A stretch of 64,000 bases of DNA from Camelus ferus (lineage: Eukaryota), in NCBI RefSeq assembly GCF_009834535.1, contig NC_045696.1, positions 46,502,001-46,566,000 on the forward strand, in the 5' to 3' direction. A program made the position numbers and the translations under genes. Of this stretch, positions 61,038 through 64,000 are shown in pieces. Under the pieces are notes generated by a model. The model made no database searches, was not told where the DNA came from, and saw nothing but the letters and a program-made list of their open reading frames with translations. The first letter of the stretch is position 1, and each line of letters begins with the position of its first letter.

Positions 61038-63229
61038 AGAAATGGTATAGTTTCTGAAGATATATGGTGAGTAAGCATTTAAACCGCCATTTCACCTGGC
61101 CCAGTCGTTTCAGCAAACTGAATAGTAAACTATTTAATATGCACAGGTTTTCATGTTAAGAGATGCTTAAACCAGTTCTGTGACCAGTTATCTTTTATAA
61201 TAAATAAAATTGAATTTTCTTAACATTGATGCTATTCTTTATTCTCTGAAACCAGCAGCCAATATATTTTTATGGCAAAAACATTCTGGGTCTATTTAAT
61301 TATGGGAGAAAGGCACATCTTGGAAAACACTGCTAAATGCCATCCTAGGGTTATGTCTGCACTGTTTTGGCAGATAATAAGCCAGGACAAAATTGACTAT
61401 AAACATACCTTGGCTGCAAAGCATTTGTTTTGCATTAAAAAGCAGAGATTTTGAAATCGAAACTTCTTAATTAGTGTCAGTTCTGTTTTCTCACTGCCTT
61501 GCTTTTAATCTAGCTGGCTCCTTCGTATCAGACAATGAAAGAAAAAATATAGTTAAGAGTGAAATAATATGGTACATTTTGGAACTACTTTCCCATTTCT
61601 TTGTACCAGTTAAAGGCCATCTACTTCTGTGGTCTAATTTTTTTATCTAGTGCACATGATTAATTATTTTTCACTGGTCAATTCATTCAGTCTTTTAAAA
61701 CAGGACACATTAAAGAAATGAATCAATATCTTAACATTTATAGAAGAAAATGCACTTAAAAATGTGTTTGATTCAAAGAGATAAAAGCTTGGTGTAGCAC
61801 AGATTTATTGTGTCTTAAAAGCAAGTCCCCAGTAACAAAACCTGAACCTAAGGTGTGGTCTTCCCTGAACTGAAAATGACAGCCTCTCTGAACTCAGGAA
61901 TGTGAAAAATAATTCCTCCATTTTATCTCACCCCTTCAATATCTTTATTGATTTTTTCTTTGCAAGCATTTTGAAGAGGATAGTTTTTTATACATCTCTC
62001 CAGCGTGTACATCCATAGGTTCTCAGCTTCAGCATAATGATTTCTGTTTTTCTTTTAAGAGTGAGTTACATTTCTTCTAACACATCACTATCAAGCCACT
62101 CTGACTTCACAGAACAGTAAGAAACCTCATTGTGGTTTCAGTTGTCAGAGGTAAAATTCAAATATTGGTGATTAATTTTCACTGGTGCGCTTGGGAACCA
62201 TAACTAAGGACAGTGTGATCACTGGTCTGGGCCAAGCGGTAGCATGGTCATAATTAGCATTGTTTTTTATAGACTCGTAGCTCTTTCCTGGTATGAATCA
62301 GAATGCATTTAGATTCATCATTTACCTCAGAACTAATGAACCATTCAATCCAACACAATTATCTGTTGAATGCCTTCATTTTGAAAGATACTGGGATATT
62401 CTTGGAGGAGAATACAAGGGTGAAGAGGATACATTTTGTGCCTCCTGAATTACAGTGATTAAAAATAGAGTGGTACCTGAGGGGATAGACAATAGATATC
62501 AAATACTTATGCCCAGCATTTGATTTAAAACATTAACATTTTAACATCTTTGAATACAGCCATGGGAATCCATCCAGAAGGTGTCCTGCAGATGATTTTA
62601 CATTCTCATTTTAAAGAAGGTTATTGTTCAATTTAAAGTAATAATCAAAGAATAAATTGTCATTTACCGAAGTTCTGTTTCAAGGCCTGATTAACAACCA
62701 ATCCTCTATTAAGGACAAGTTGGCCAGTTAATAACAGACATTAATTCTTTGCTTCCTGCAATGCAGTTTTATTCACTTGAGTTCACATTGATTTATGTTC
62801 TTTTGTGTCCACTCTGTGCTTATCCCTGTGCACATCCATGCACATGTACATAATGCGGTTGGTATGTGCTTTCTAAAGTCCCACTAAAGACTTGATATAT
62901 GCGCCCAAAAGTAGATGCAAATAGATATGCTTGTACCCAAAAGTAGAACTGAGCTTAGTTATATCTTTAATAAGAGCTGCTTCTTGAAAGATAATTGATT
63001 TAATATATTTCTGAATCTAATTTTGTTGTATATGGTTCCCCTCTGCCTCCAGCTATAGAATCGTTCATCCCTAGAGTGAAAAATTAGAGCAAAGCAGTTA
63101 GTTTGCCAGGGCCACGATGTGCTATTAATGATACCAATACGGATATTACTGCTACTAATAATAGCTAGCATTTATCCTACATGGCTTAAGGCCCCAAAGG
63201 GATGGTTGTCACAACACATTATTCTTGCT

Positions 63230-63440
63230 CTGTATTAGACACTATTTAAGTACTCTACGTGTGCAACTCATTGAACCTCACAGTATTCCTAGGGCAAGTA
63301 CTATATTAACATCTATATTTTATAGATTGGGAAACTGAGGCACAGAAAGATTTAGAGAAAATGAGTTCATTGGTGGCAGAGCCAATCTGTAGTCCTAAAC
63401 AATCCAGCTCTAGAACTCCTGCCTTTTGAAATTGCCTCTT
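63230..63440 (-). mobile_element. MIR SINE (approximate bounds)
   Basis: ctcattgaacctcacagtattccta...ttttatagattgggaaactgaggcacagaaag. Confidence 0.75.
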
Positions 63441-63647
63441 AATGTAAAATTTGCTTATTTATAAGAGTGATGGCATCTTCTAAGGCTTACTGTATCCATG
63501 GCTGTTCCCAGGCTGTTTATCCCATGTGGAAATATAGACTATTAATTCCTAGAAACTTTTGAAAATTATTTCTAATAATATAATATTTGAACTGATAGAA
63601 AGGGAGATGAAAACTGAATTATTGAAGTCTCTCCTTAAAAAGTCATT

Positions 63648-64000
63648 GTCCAGTGCGTTTCCCCAGAATCCATTTGCCCTGTATGCTAGCTTATCCCAGG
63701 TGGCTACGGACTACCTTTCCTGGGTTCCCATGTCCCCTGTTTTCCAGCTAGGTTTAGACAGTGGGAGACATTGGTGGAAGGTTAGAGGGTGGGAGAAAGA
63801 GAGAGTCTCGGATGTGCAGGGAAGGGGTGAGGAGGGGTGGGGATAAAACAAAGGCAGCATCTCTTCCATGTGTCCAGCTCCCTCCAGATTGGCCCACCAT
63901 GGTTCCATCTTCCACTGGGGACCTAGTCCCTGGGCTTCCTTCCCCCATTTGTCTCTGCTGTGGGTTCCTGCTGTTGCTGATCCCTGGGTTACCTCACCAC
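63648..64000. mobile_element. LTR33-like ERVL LTR, truncated by the window end
   Basis: ttccagctaggtttagacagtgggagacattggtggaaggttagagggtgggagaaagagaga...ggcagcatctcttccatgtgtccagctccctccagattggcccaccatggttcca resembles LTR33-family LTRs. Confidence 0.55.

Noticed and set aside
53536..64000. Next large BBX exon (expected to start near MCLASEG)
   Set aside because: No matching acceptor and ORF found. The candidate ttttgtgcag at 60670 is not followed by BBX-like sequence, so the exon lies beyond the window.
1..64000. CRISPR arrays, operons, rRNA or other prokaryotic systems
   Set aside because: This is a mammalian intron-exon locus with no regularly spaced direct repeats or dense coding.

Overview
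Mammalian genomic DNA, AT-rich and CpG-depleted, almost entirely intronic. It is probably camelid, based on three tRNA-derived Vic-1-type SINEs and no recognisable Alu, B1, Bov-A or PRE1 elements. The window covers the 5' coding half of BBX, an HMG-box transcription factor, on the + strand. Seven coding exons (7450-7611, 12092-12334, 22507-22702, 26329-26396, 41326-41406, 46374-46448, 53455-53535) splice into one open 906-nt (302-codon) frame; the rest of the gene lies outside the window. The introns hold ordinary repeats: Tigger1, a Tigger2/MER8-type MITE, MER5A, MIR, L2, L1, MLT1 and an LTR33-like element. The most notable observations are: (1) a ~243-bp, ~93% identical inverted repeat around a 472-bp spacer (34582-35539), whose right arm appears to interrupt a MIR; (2) three phase-0 mini-exons that look like tandem duplicates, (I/M)SS...LFQ(F/L)AE; (3) a non-canonical GC splice donor on the third of these; (4) exon geometry under which a back-spliced circle from the first coding exon would be a stop-free endless ORF; (5) an apparent retroposed mRNA 3' end inside Tigger1; (6) a tiny twin-primed L1. 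No new biological system can be demonstrated from the sequence alone. Repeat family names come from recognition by eye, and repeat boundaries are approximate unless TSDs or TIRs are quoted.
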